Source of the DNA: Sphyrna mokarran
Lineage: Eukaryota
Direction of reading: 5' to 3'
DNA length: 64,000 nt
Assembly: GCA_024679065.1 (NCBI GenBank)
Contig: JAGIQG010000009.1
Coordinates: 68,076,001 to 68,140,000 of the forward strand
In this document: piece after piece, positions 1 through 12,800 of the stretch
Layout: every line of letters begins with the position of its first letter
Numbering within the stretch: position 1 is the stretch's first letter
Translations under genes and position numbers: made by a program
The notes under the pieces: model-generated
Seen by the model: the letters and a program-made list of their open reading frames with translations, nothing else
Databases searched by the model: none
Told to the model about the DNA's origin: nothing

Positions 1-860
1 GACCCCTCATGCTATTTGAGTCCATCCTAGGAAAAAGCTTAACCCTGTTTACTCTACCTATACCCCTCATAATCTTGTACACCTCTATTAGATCTCCTCT
101 AAGTCTACGTCTTTCTAAGGAAATCAGCCCCAATTTGCTTAACCTCTCCTCGTAACTCAGACCTTCCATACCAGGCAGCATCCTGGTAAACCTCCTCTGC
201 ACTCTCTCCAGTCCCCACGTCCTTCCAGTAGTAAGGCGACCAGAACTGGACGCAGTATTCTAAATAAGGTCTAACTAACGTTTTATACAACTGCAACATT
301 AAAGCCAGCTCTTGTATTCTATACCCCTTCCTATAAAGGCTGGCATACTTTCTTCACAACCTTCTCCATCTGCTCTGCCACCTTCAGAGACCTGTGCACC
401 TGCATCCCCAGGGTCCTTCTGCATTTCTATACTCTTAATAGGTCTACCTTTTATCACATACCTCCCCCCTACATTCTTTCTCCCAAAATGCATCACCCCG
501 CATTTATCAGGATTGAATTCCATCTGTCATCTATCTGCCCAAGCTACCAGCCTATGTCCTGCCGTATCGCCTGACAATGCTCTTCACTATCCACAAGTCC
601 AGCCATCTTTGTATCGTCTGCAAACTTGATCATTCCACTTATTCCCTCTTCCAAGTCATTTATATATTTTACAAATAGAAGAGGTCCCTGCACCGAGCCC
701 TGCAGCACACACTAGTAACCGACTTCCAGCTAGAAAAACACCTTCCACTATTACTCTCTATCTCCTACTGCCAAGCCAGTTACTTATCCAAGTAGCTACC
801 TGTCCTTGTATCCCATTAGTCTTGACCTTTTCAACTAACCTCCCATGAGGCACTTTATTG
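1..860 (-). mobile_element. CR1-type LINE ORF2 fragment (RT C-terminal part), degenerate
   Basis: ORFs 105-299 and 299-523 give MEFNPDKCGVMHFGRKN and LYKTLVRPYLEYCVQFWSPYY, typical CR1 ORF2 motifs; frameshifted. Confidence 0.9.
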
Positions 861-1559
861 TTAGTAAATGTGAATTTATTTTTTTTTTTAAATTCTGAAG
901 TCTAACAAGACGTTACTAGGTGACTATTGTAGCCCAAGGCAGGAACAGACTGAACCTAAACTTTTGCCAATACAGATTACCAACACATGCAAATCAGCAT
1001 TTCAAAATTTACAAGGCAATAAATAGTTTACTGACAAACAACAAGGCAAAAGCATTTTGAGAGATACAATGCTTACCAATTCAATTCAAAAATCATAGTG
1101 CCCGCTCTTGTTACACAACAGTCTTCAAACCAAAATTAAAAATACATTAAATAATTAGCAAACAATGCTGATTCAATCCAGACTACATCAACCTGGGTAC
1201 CAGTCATCCTCTGCCACCCTGTCCTTACCCAACTCCAATATTCTCCAGCCCCTATATTTCACCCTTTGATTTATTTGGCTCTACCATTGTGTTCAGCCCT
1301 ATACGCCCGTTCCTCTTAATGGATTTCAGACAACCTTAGTCTTACTATCCAAATGTCCTTCCCTCAAAACCTTACATCTCACCATCTTCTACATCCTTCA
1401 GACCCATCTTTTCGGTTAAATTTTTGGCCATTTATCTTAATCACTTCCTTCCAGATCAGCACCTATTTGCTTTTGGCCTCTTTGTGAAGTGTACTGTTGC
1501 ACCTTCGTCCCAACGTTTGTCTCAGCAATACATCACTGAAAGAAATCAACAGATTTTTG

Positions 1560-2275
1560 GGTCTATGGTGACAGACAACCTGTCTCTTGAGCTCAGCACA
1601 CAGTGAAAAAACTTACAGTAACTTTGGTTGTCTACCAGGAACAAAAACAAATTAACTGGCAAGTCCAAGAAGCTTATCTGCAAGACCTATATCCTCAGCA
1701 CATTGCTGTATGGCACTAAAGCTTAGACAACTTATAGCTGCCAAGAACAAAGGCTCAACAACTTCATCTCCAAAATCTACATCATATCATTCGCATTGTA
1801 TGGAAAGACACAGTCACCAATGAAGCAGTGTTTTCATAGTTGGCACAATGTAATCAAAGAGGGCTTTGCTGGCTTGGGCATGTGCTCAGGATGGAAGATG
1901 GCCACATCCTCAAGCACATGCTACATGGGTAAGTCGCCTACACCAAGAGACCAGCAGGGAACACAATTTAAAGATTGTCAAAACAGAAGCCCTCAACAAT
2001 AATCACAACAAATGGGAAGTGAACTGGTAGATGACGCAAATTATGAGATAAACAGTAAGCAGTTCACCATCACTACGACATGTGGCTTTAGAAACTCCAA
2101 AGCAGATCATCCCTCAGCATTAGCAAGGGACAAATTCAAGTCTCACTTGTGGCAGACATTGCCTTGCCAGAATTCACTTGTTCAGCAATCAAAGAGCAGC
2201 AGACAACTCATCTGATCTCAAAATTCTGAGGCTGGATTATCATCTCTTCCAGATGGATGGACAGATGCCACAAAA
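1560..2275 (+). mobile_element. Old RTE-clade LINE 3' fragment
   Basis: Manual translation near 1694 gives LSTLLYGTKA*TTYSCQEQRLNNF (RTE LLYGxExW motif); the 3' end resembles RTE termini. Confidence 0.6.
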
Positions 2276-2619
2276 CAAACTTTTGTGAAATATTTCTTTA
2301 CATTAAAAAAGTATTTTGTAAATGTAACATTCTGGTGTTGTTGCCTTCTTACACATCATAGCCTAGCCACCCTGCAGGTTATTCAGAGTAGGGAACCTAC
2401 AGCGAAGCTCTTTCCATTTCAACCAACATCCACACTTCCCAGAAGATAGATGAGAAATACTAACAATCTCCAAATTATGGATGTCTGAGATCAGATTCAG
2501 CACTATTTAAAATACTGACATCACCATATGGGCTCAAATGAGGAATTAAGCATGCCTTTAACAATTAGTTCATATTGATTACATAGAAGGAAAAAGTCAG
2601 AAGAAAAGAGAAAGCTTTG

Positions 2620-3172
2620 ATGGGTCAGTTTTGGTGTCCTTATCTGAAAAAGAACATCCTGTCTATAATGCAGACAGAGCATGAGAAGGATCAACAAGCT
2701 AATTCCTGGGATGGCAGATCTGTCATACGAAGCGAGAACAAGTCGATTAGGATTATATTCACTAGCGTTTAGAAGAGTGAGAGAGGATCTCATAGAAACT
2801 TATAAGTTCTAACAAGATTAGACAGGATACATTCAGAAAAAAATGTTCCCAATGATGGGGGAGTCCAGAACTATAGGTCATAGTTTGACGATAAGGGGTA
2901 AAACCTATTAGAACTGAGGTGAGGAGAAATTTCTTTACCCAGAGAGTGGTTAATGTGTGGAATTCACTACCACTGAATGTAGTTGAGGTTAAAACGTTGT
3001 CTGGTTTCAAGAAGAAATTAGATATAGCTCTTGGGTCTGAAAGGATCAAGGGATATGGGAGGAAGAAAAGGGGATCAGAATATTGAATTTGATGATCAGC
3101 CATGATCAAGATGAATGGTGGAGCAGGCTTAAAGGGTTGAATAGCCTACTCCTGCTTCTATTTTCTATGTTA
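2620..3172 (+). mobile_element. CR1 LINE 3' fragment
   Basis: Degenerate CR1 C-terminal sequence (AGAAGAGTGAGAGAGGATCTCATAGAAAC, TTCTTTACCCAGAGAGTGGT) followed by the CR1/SINE 3' stem-loop and TTCTATG tail. Confidence 0.8.
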
Positions 3173-3467
3173 ATACAATGGTATGTCAGCTTTTGAAGCC
3201 CAGAAAAATCACCAATCTGAACCATCAATCAAGTGCAACTGTGCACTATTCAGCTTTTGCAGAATCAATCTGGACAAAGGTCTCTTCTTGAAATGGAGAC
3301 CGCGAAGTGCTGAGACTTGCTGGCTTTTCCACGATACAAATACAGGGTTCCATATAGTGGTTGGTAGAAAACAATCCCACTCAGAACAATCTCATTCAAA
3401 ATTCCCTTATAACATCATTTTATCTTATACGTTATATATAGTATGAACAGTAAGAAGTTTTACTCAC

Positions 3468-3533
3468 CCTTTCGCTTTTTATGGATCCTGTCACATCATC
3501 ATCATTTAAATGTCGTTTAAATTTAGGCGGCAT
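3468..3533 (-). CDS. VAMP4: VAMP4 first coding exon (coding part of exon 2; whole exon 3468-3574)
   Basis: Minus-strand translation MPPKFKRHLNDDDVTGSIKSER matches the vertebrate VAMP4 N-terminus (human ...DVTGSVKSER). Acceptor TCCTAG at 3575-3580, donor GTGAGT at 3462-3467, 66 coding nt, phase 0. Downstream exons were not seen and presumably lie left of the window. Confidence 0.96.
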
Positions 3534-3810
3534 GATTACTGCCTGATAAATTTGATCTCTTCCTAATTTTCAACCTAGGATATGTAAAAGGATACATTAT
3601 TAATGGCATGCAAGAGGGAATAGGAGCAAACTTTCAGTCCTCAGGTCTTCTTTGTCATTCTATTACATTATGACTGACCTGTGCCTCAAATTCTATTTAT
3701 CCACATTTGCTCACATCCCTTGACATCCTTACCTTAAAATATCTACATAAAACAGAACACAAAGCAAATTTATGCTATCTGTATTTGTAATGCAATCCAT
3801 CCAAGGCTAA

Positions 3811-5160
3811 TGTAACTCTTCTGACATAGGATGACCAGAATTGAACACAATACTCCAGAACAGATTTGATCAATGATGTGTGCCACAGACTGTCATAGTG
3901 GATATAATTATGAATACCGTTTGCTCTATTTAATACTGTGAAGCAGGCAAACAGGTGCATGAAAGAATTCCAGCTAGTGACACAATTTTTGTAATAACTG
4001 AAATTGAGACTCAGCTTTGAAACTGTTTTTATGTGCAAGTTCTACACACTAAATATATGGTTCTAATTTAATATCAATGGAAATTCAGCAGACCAGGAAC
4101 AATCTTTTACAAGTGAGATTACAACATGGATTTTCCACAATTTACTTGTGCTCTTCATAAGTCGAGCAAAGCACCACCATAAAATAGTGCAATCCTGCAA
4201 AGATTTTGTGTATATTGGCTCTATAAGTGGTCAAAAAATTTGGACAGATTAATAGTAATTATGCATTGGAAGAGAATCAGGTGTCCTTTTGCTAAAATCA
4301 TCAGCATTTACATCATTTGGAAATATGCACAATATGTCTGCTAAAACGATTATGAAGTACTAAACATTCCAATTTTGTGAAAGTTATAAACGAGAACCAG
4401 AAAAGAGCAAACTCGAAATGACTAATTCCATATCACACAACACAAGCCTGCTAACCTTTTCCCATCCCATTAGTCTTGTGTAGAATTCTCAAGAAACAAT
4501 GTGGTGGTAAAGGAAGTTTTCTAGTCATCAGAACAAATCTTTTCACAGGATATCTTGCAATTGAAAAGTCTTCAAACCAAAACATAGGCTGAATGGCCCT
4601 CTCCTACTTCCTGTGTTGATAAGTCCCTATCTCGGTGCTAAATGATTACTGAAAAGAAGCTCTAGCTATAACTTTCCATCTACACTCCCTACAGAGGGTT
4701 TTTTGGCAGTGGATTTTCCAGTCTTCCTGCTAGTAGAATCTTCCAGTCCCACTGAAGATAACATCCTAGCAGCACGGCCAGCAATCAACTGAAATGGCTG
4801 CCGATATCAACAGGACCAAAAGGTCCTGCCAGCAATCAATGATTAGGGTGCAGAAAGAGGACATTCTGCTCATTATATCTGCACCAGTTTTCCAAAATAG
4901 CAATATAACCCTTCTGACACAGGATGACCGGAATTGAACACAATACTCCAGAACAGATTTATCAGTGATGTTTGCCACAGACTGTCATAGTGGATATTAT
5001 TATGAATATTGTTTGCTCTGTTTAATACTGTGAATGGAAGAATTCTAGCTAGTGGCACAATTTTTGTAATAACTGAAATTGAGACTCAGTTTTGAAACTT
5101 TTTATGTGCAAGTTCTAAACTCTAAATATATGGTTCTAATTTAATATCAATGGAAATTCA
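3811..5160. repeat. Local direct duplication, ~260-275 bp (3811-4087 and ~4902-5160), in VAMP4 intron 1
   Basis: Both copies run CTTCTGACAYAGGATGACCRGAATTGAAC...GGTTCTAATTTAATATCAATGGAAATTCA with scattered substitutions and one ~15-nt indel. Confidence 0.9.
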
Positions 5161-5533
5161 ACAATTCTCTAGACCATTCTCTAGCCTTTTTCCCACACAT
5201 TGTTTTTGTTCAAGTAACCATCTAATGCCCTCTTGTATGCCTGAATGGAACCTACCTTCACCACACTTTCAGGCAATGCTTTCCAGACCCAAACTGTTTG
5301 AAAATTATTTTCTCAAATCTGCTTCTTTTGCAAATCACTTCGCATCCTGCCCAATTAAATCAATTACTTCATCTTCCCTAGCTAAGAATGTAGAAATGTA
5401 CAGGACAAGCAATCCATCTGGTCAGTTCTAAAAAACACTGATGCTAAATTAATGTTGACATTGTCATTACAAGTTACTGCATTTGATGACATGTGGTTTT
5501 CTCCAAATCCAGACGAATTTGTAATTTAGAATA

Positions 5534-6995
5534 TAGAACATAGAAAAACTACAGCACAAACAGGCCCTTTGGCCCACAAGTTGTGCCAATGATATCCCTA
5601 CCTAGTAGGCTTACCTATAACCCTCAATTCTATTAAATCCCACATATTCATCCAGAAGTCTCTTAAAAGACCCTAGCGAATTTGCTTCTACCACCACCGA
5701 CGACAACCGATTCTACTGACCCACTACCCTCGGAGTGAAAAACTTACCCCGATGTCTCCTCTGTACCTACTCCCCAGCACTTCAAACCTGTGTTCTTTCA
5801 TAGCAACCATTCCAATCCTGGGAAAAAGTTTCTGAGAGTCTACCCGATCAATACCTCTCAACATCTTATACACCTCTAACAGGTCACCTCTCATCCCTCA
5901 TCTCTCCGAGAGGAAAAGACTGAGTTCCCTCAACCTATCCTCATAAGGCATGCCACCCAATCCAGGCAATATCCTTGTAAATCTCCTCTGCACCCTTTCA
6001 ATAGCTTCCACATCCCTCCTGTAAAGAGGCAACCAGAACTTTGCACAATACTCCAAGAGGGGTCTGACCAGGGTCTTATAAAGCTGCAGTATTATTTCCA
6101 ACTCCTAAACTCAATTCTTCGATTATTGAAGGCCAGTACACCATATGTCTTCTTAACCACATCCTCTACCTGCGAGGCCTTCTGATACTTTACACTGCCA
6201 AGAATTTTATCTTTGATATTATACTCCTTCATCCCATTTGACCTCCCAAAACAGACACTACACATTTATCCATATTGAAGTCCATCTGCCACTTCTCTGC
6301 CCATACTTGCATCCTATCTATGTCACGCTGCAACTTCTGACATCCCTCCAAATTATCCACAACACCACCAACCTTCATGCTGTCAGCAAACTTAGCAACC
6401 CATCCCTCCATTTCCTCATCCAGGTCATTTATGAAAATTATAAACAGTAAGAGTCCCAGAACAGATCCCTGGGGTACTCCACTGGTGACCAAGCAGGAAA
6501 AGACCCATTTACGACCACTCCCTGCCTTCTGCGGGCAAGCCAGTCCTGGATCAACAAGGCAACAGCCCCTTGGATCCCATGCCCTCTCACTTTCTCAAGA
6601 AGTCTTGCATGGGGAACCTTATCGAATGCCTTGTGAAATCCATATAAATCACATCTACTGCTCTTCCTTCGTCAATGTATTTAGTCACATTTTCAAAACC
6701 TCAACCAGGCTAGTAAAGGCACTATCTGCCTTTGACAAAGTCATGTCAACCACTATTGAGCATACTAAACTTCTCTAAATGTTCATAAATCCTGTCTCTC
6801 AGAATCTTCTCCTCAACTTACCAACCACTGAGGTTCAACTCGCTGGTCGATAGTTTTCTGGGCTATCCCTATTATCTTTCTTGAACATAGGAACCACATT
6901 CGCAATCCTCCAATCATCGGGAACCTCTCCTGTCTCCATCGACGACAGAAAGATCATCGCCAGAGGTTCTGCAATCTTTTCCCTGGCCTCCCACA
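5534..6995 (-). mobile_element. CR1 LINE, 5'-truncated, degenerate RT
   Basis: ORFs give VTSGVPQGSVLGLLLFIIFINDLD..KFADS and LYKTLVRPLLEYC; 3' tail AGAACATAGAA with the AACAGGCCCTTTGGCCCAC stem-loop. Confidence 0.92.
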
Positions 6996-7990
6996 GAAAC
7001 CTTTTTGCCTTGTAAATAGAATTGGAGTTTGAGAAGACTGCTACTCCCTATTCCTTGGCCTAGTGGTCCAGGCTACTTAGATATAACAAACTGACGATTA
7101 GATATGCCACTTGGAATTCAGATGTTTTGGAGATAATCAATGTTCAACACAAATTATCACTAAAGTTAGAACTAGCTGACTAAGGCAATCGGTGACTACA
7201 AAGGTCAGCTTACCACTAATGATTTTGTGCAAACTGAGGTAGTTTCAACTGAGCAGATACTGGACTCGAACAGACGAATGTTATAGCTAGAAAACTCGAT
7301 TGATAGAATTCTGTCAAAGAAATGTGCCACATAGATAGAAACAATTCACACAATGATGTTAGAGCAAACTACTTACAAAATGAGGATGTTTTAATCAAAA
7401 AGGACTTTTAAAAAAAAAAGCATTTCGTTCCAAACTTTGCCCACAGGGTGGAACGTAATCAAACATGAAATCAATAAATACATTTAAAAACATTTCCCTA
7501 GGCAGGCATTTGAACTGCAATTTACTTAAAACGTTTTATATAAAAAACTTGAGGTAGTGCCTCTGATATCCCCTCAAGGCATTCCTAAGTATTCACTGCC
7601 GTATAAAAGCATTTGGAAACATAACCATGTTTTATAGTGTTATGGACATGAGAGGGTTTAATTTAAACAGCCTTGCCACCTATTCGTAAACAGGAAAGTG
7701 TTTTGATGTTAACGTGTTTTATAAGCAGTGGCGTATTTCCCAACACCTCAGTTTTGTCGTGATCCAATTTCTATTAATAAACCCTACAGCAAACCTGTGA
7801 TCAGATGAGCTCCAGGGTAAGGATGTAGAGGTGCCCCTGCCCCCCCTGGGGAAGGGTCCCCCTGCCCCCTCTGCAAAGGGGAAGAGGGATGTGGTGATTT
7901 CTCTTTCTCTCTCTTGGGATGCTCTCTGCAACAACGGCCTCCTCTCCTCCTGCTGTCTACACGGACTCCCCACCTGGCTCTCGGCCTTAC

Positions 7991-8130
7991 CTCCCACCGC
8001 CTCCGTCCCGGCCAAACCCCAGCAGAGGGGCGGGGGAAGCGACCGGACTGCCCCAGGCAGATAACCGCTGCTGCTCCCGCCGATCCTCCAACCTGGGCCT
8101 CGGCCTGCGGAAAGCGAGAGCGGCCTCGGC
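7991..8130 (-). other. VAMP4: VAMP4 non-coding exon 1 (5' end approximate)
   Basis: Strongest unique CpG-rich segment in the window; canonical donor GGAG|GTAAGG (GT at 7989-7990), 4.4 kb upstream of the VAMP4 ATG exon on the same strand. Confidence 0.75.
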
Positions 8131-8175
8131 TCGCGAGAACTGGGCAGGGCCCGCCCCGTCTCCATGGCAACTGGG
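8125..8175. promoter_or_regulatory. CpG-island promoter with BANP/ZBTB33-type palindrome, GC box and RFX X-box
   Basis: CTCGCGAGA at 8130-8138, GGGCCCGCCCC at 8147-8157 and GTCTCCATGGCAAC at 8158-8171, clustered just upstream of exon 1. Confidence 0.75.
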
Positions 8176-9370
8176 GGAGGGGGGAGGGGAGGAGGAGATG
8201 GTGAGGGGGGGAGGTGACGGGGACAGGAGGGTAAGGGAAAGAGATGATGGAGGGTAATGGGGAGAAAATGGCGGGGGGGGGAGGGAAGGTGATGGGGGTT
8301 GATGAAGTGGAAGTGATGGGCAGAGGGATGATAATGGGAGGATGTGGTAGATGATGGGGTGGAGTGATGGGAGGGGGAGGTGATGGGAGGGAAGGTAGAG
8401 GGACGTGATGGGAGGGAGTGGAGAAGGGGTGGGGTGATTGCGAAGGAGGTGAGGGAAGGTAATGGAAGTGGTGAGGTGATAGAAGAGAGGTGTTGGGAGG
8501 GGTAGAGAGAGATGATGGGAGCGTGGAAGGGTGGGTGATGAAAGGGCAAGGTGAGGGGAGGGAGTTAATGGGAAGATGGTGAAGAGGTGATGGGGAAGTG
8601 GAGAAGGATGACTAGAGAAGGAGGGAGGAAGGAGGCAGGGAGGGGAGAGGGTGTAATGAGGGAGAGAGTGGGGGGAAGTGGGAGGAGATGATGAGTGTGA
8701 GGGGATGATAATGAATGGGAGGGATGATGGGGAGTGAGAACGTGTAATCATGGGGAATCAGATTGGTGGAGAGGAATGGTGTGGAATGAGGGAAGGGCAA
8801 TGGGGATATGCAGAAGAAGTGAAAGGAGGCACGAAGAGCAGAATGGGGATTTGGGAGAGGATATGGAAAGGGATTGGTGAGATGAGGATGGGGAGGGCAA
8901 TCAAGAGAAGAGGGAAATACGAATGGGTGGGAGAGGACAGTGGGGTCGGGCTAGAGGAATGGGGCCAAAGAATGTGGTATGTGAATGGGGCAGTGGGGGA
9001 ACGTGGTTGCGGGAAAGAAGTTGGTACAAGGGGAGCAGGCACTAGGGAGAAGGTTGGAAGGGAGATGGTGGCTGTTGGGAGCGGGAGGAATGTGTGGAGA
9101 GGTAGGGATAATGGATTGTGATGAGAACTGGGGAAAGGCATGAAGTATGAAGAGGGAAACTGGGACAGAGAGAAATGGATAGAGAAGGAAAATGGGGAAT
9201 GATGGAGGGCATTGGGAAGGGGAGACGGGAATGGCGAGATGGGAGTGGACTTGATGAATGGAGAAGGAGAATGTGAAGAGAGAGTTAGGGAAAGAGAGAT
9301 GGAAAGGAGAATGGGGGGAGGAGAGAAGCAGACTGCAGAGAGATGGTAATGTGGAGGTGAGGATGGCAAA
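8172..9370. repeat. 1.2-kb low-complexity G/A-rich tract
   Basis: Plus strand is strongly G/A-rich and C-poor with recurring GGGA/GATGGG units; it generates the spurious P/S/H/L-rich ORFs. Confidence 0.9.
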
Positions 9371-9812
9371 TTTGAGATGGTAGTCCTCTGAATTGTAGGA
9401 TTATATGCAGTTATATGAAAAATAGATTATATGAAAAAGGGGAGAGAAAATAATGTAAAATGGCAACAAAAATAAAATAAGAATAATCAGCCCATATTAT
9501 TTATTTACTTGTTCAATAAATTGAGTTGTAATTTTTAATCACTGACTTTACTGGTATCATTCTGTCACTTTTTGGTGACAGGAAGGAATGTGTAGCAGCT
9601 TGGAATCATAGGAACACAGATGATACAGCACAGAGGAAATTTTGCTCATTATCCTAGTCACACTTATCTAGCCACCTGGGCCAGAGTAAACAGTCACAAT
9701 GGCTTGCCTGTGTGAATCCGAGAATAATAATGTAATTAAAGTGCTGAAATTTAGTAAGTGTCTTGGAACATGGGGATATGATTAGCTGAATAGCCTCTTG
9801 AAGCTGCTCCAC

Positions 9813-12800
9813 GGGGTAGAATTTTACATTGACTGCCCCCCTCCTGCCAACAATAATAGAGGAAGTTAAGGGGATTAAAACCCCAATTGATTATAATTTT
9901 ACATTGCCCGTGCGATTTTAAACTTGTCGCATGGGTAGGCAGCCCAACTGAATTTGATCTTTTTGCATGCAAGTGCAAGATAAAAGAAGGCTGCTGCAAA
10001 CATTGGCTGAGGAGTTAATTGCTTTGGGGATGAATGAGGTGGTATTTTGGAACGTTGATAGAATGTTTTCTGTGTTGGGTTCATCCCAGTGTGAAGGTCA
10101 CAGAATAATTCTGACCTCTAGCACTTTTTGTTTGGGTCTCCCTGTCACCTTTTGTGCATGGGTGAGTCCTATTTACCAAGCTGCTGGTGGGTATTGCATA
10201 CTCTGGAGCACTTTTGTTGAGGAGGAGAAGGAAGAGGGGACAAAAAGTGAGGAGGTATTGTAGTCGCAGGCATCCCTCTTTGGGCAGAATTGCAAGCACA
10301 GAATGATCGTGGCCAACAGAAAAGGCAAGGAGACCGCCCTGCAGCAGCCTCATGGTTGCTAAAACAAGTAGATTGCCAACTTGGCCAAACATCAAGGGAT
10401 GCTGAATATGGGATACATTGGCCAAGTGAAGCTTTACAAATTGCAAACCCAGAAGCTAGACACAGTGCAAGTACAGCTGCCAGGTGCGAATGACATTAGT
10501 ATAGTGTAAAAGAACACATCTTGTCAACAGTTATCCTGAGCAAACATATCCCATCAACCAAAGGAAGAATGCATTTTTCAACCAAGAACCAGGCAACAAG
10601 CACCCAAGTCCTACCACATAAAGAAACAAACATTAGCAAGCCATTCAAATGATTGACAATGTTTCAAACTATTAAGCGAGTCCCCTAATTGTCCAGAACT
10701 ACAGAAAGTTCCAGAAACCATCTAAAAAATAATAAAAATGGCTTACCTGCAGATCAATCTCTTGGATCTTCTGGAAACTAACACAAAACAACCAGAATAG
10801 TAAAGACAAAAACGAACTGTCCAGAGAGAAATAGAGAAGAATGACCTCACAAACCCAACTGAAGTTATAAGAGACTGTGGGAAGTATTGTAATAACTAAG
10901 GAGGTCAGGCAGAATTACAAATCGTATTGTTAGTATTAAAGATCTTATTGTTAATTCCTTAAAGTTGTGATAATTTGCATCAGTACCAACATGTGTCTAT
11001 AGTGATTTGATTGTTCCAGTGTTGTGGGATACGTGGGTAAATTTATTTATAACCTATTAGTCAAAGTATCAGATAGGGTCCTAAAGGACTCAGCAACAGC
11101 CCTTGCGGAAGACACCCTACCCAGCCTCAGTCGAACGACATTGATATGACAGAGTCCAGCGCAGTAGAAAGCTCTAGCTTTCAAGAGAAGCTGTGAAGAG
11201 TATCTAATATCTAATTGGAGGTTGCTCCAATTGTATGGTTGGAGACCCAATGCTCCTGGCTCTGAAGATCACTGTGCCACCAAACCTTTATGTCTCTGGA
11301 TCATCCCAGGGTCTGTGTTAATCTTTGCTAAGTCTCACAGCTGCACATAGTTGTGTCAGATTGGTCACCGAAGCTCAGTTCAGGCATTTTAGAACATTCA
11401 TTCATTCAGGACAGACCAGGACATCCAGGTTGAGTAGGTGAGAGGATTTGCAAGGTACCCTCACAGTCATTGATTGCATCCATGTGGCCATCAAGGTACA
11501 AGCTGACCAGCGAGGTACCTTTGTGAAGGAAGGAGGTCACTCAAATTGTATATGACCACAGGACCCAGATTCTGCAGGTGTGTGCAAGGTGCTTGGGCAG
11601 CTCTCAAAACATTCTTTGTCATTCAAAGGTGTCCAGGCTTTTCACCACTTCAGTTCACCTTGATGGGTGGTTGATTGGCAACAAGTATTACCAAAGGTAG
11701 CTGACGATGCCTGTTATGTGCCCAAGGATAGACATTGTGGAAAAAACTACTGCTGTGCATCCACAAGGGTAATGGTAGAGAGGATCCTTGGGATGCTGAA
11801 GATAAGGTTCAGATACCATGACCAGTATGGGGGCACCCTGCAGTACCTGCCTGAGTGTCTTCATAGTTGGTATATGCTACGCTCTTCACAATTCCTTTAC
11901 CTTCAGTGGGGAGTGTCTTGAGCTGAAGAATGGTGATTCTGCTGTACCACCCTCACATGTGGACACTGATGAGGACTCAGGAGCTGATGCCAGGCAGCCA
12001 AAGGATGGGGACCACAGGAGTGCAATGAGGAACCTTCAGGGAGGCAGAGACACCAGGAATGCCTTGCTTCAATGGTTCTCTAGATAAGCTAGTGTGCCCT
12101 GACTCATGCCATCACCAATGGATATTACCTCAATCCCAAACACGTAAAACTCAGCCATTCATAAGCCCATCCCCTTCCAAATGATCTTGGATGCTTCTCT
12201 GCATGCAACGATGAGACTGATACCAATGCAGCACACTAAACATTCCTGGCATGAATGCAGTAACTTATTTATGGTGAGAAAATCAACATGAAACAAACCA
12301 AAGCAAATCCATCCAGATCATGAACATAGTTCTTCAGACAAAAAGAAAACAATAGCAACTAGTGTGGGACACCTGTCTGTGACTTTTGTTTGCTGTTGCT
12401 AAATCCAGATGACCCTCATCACTGACTGTGGCATCTGAGGCAGGTTGATGATCTCAATACCCTCTTGACACAGATGACCTTGGTAGTCATCCTCTGGTCA
12501 GTCTGACCTGATGTAGAGATGCCAGCGTTGGACTGGGGTAAACTCAGTAAGAGGTCTGACAACACCAATTTTAAATCCAACCAATTTATTTGATAGTAAA
12601 CTTGAAAGCTTTCGGCTTTTGTAGCCTTCGTCAGGCAAAGGCTACAAAGGCTGAAAGCTTGCAAGTTTACTATCAAATAAATCGTTTGGATTTAAAATAG
12701 GTGTTGTCAGACCCCTTACAATGTGACCTGCCCAGGAGGGTTTGCTCAGCAACATTGCAGGGTAGCCTGCCGCATATTTGGAGGATAGAATGGCGACTGG

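Noticed and set aside
7991-8165. GCCATGG inside the X-box is in frame with the VAMP4 ATG after splicing (possible N-terminal extension)
   Set aside because: The spliced frame hits TGA immediately in exon 2 (G|GT TGA), and the ATG probably lies upstream of the TSS; at most a uORF.
7719-9369. Long ORFs of 123-276 aa over the CpG island and purine tract
   Set aside because: P/S/H/L- or G/E/R-biased translations of low-complexity, stop-poor DNA; no domain motifs.
11667-11921. HARBI1-like ORF as a domesticated host gene
   Set aside because: Frameshifts, stops and altered catalytic motifs (GNKYY for GDxGY) indicate a dead transposon.
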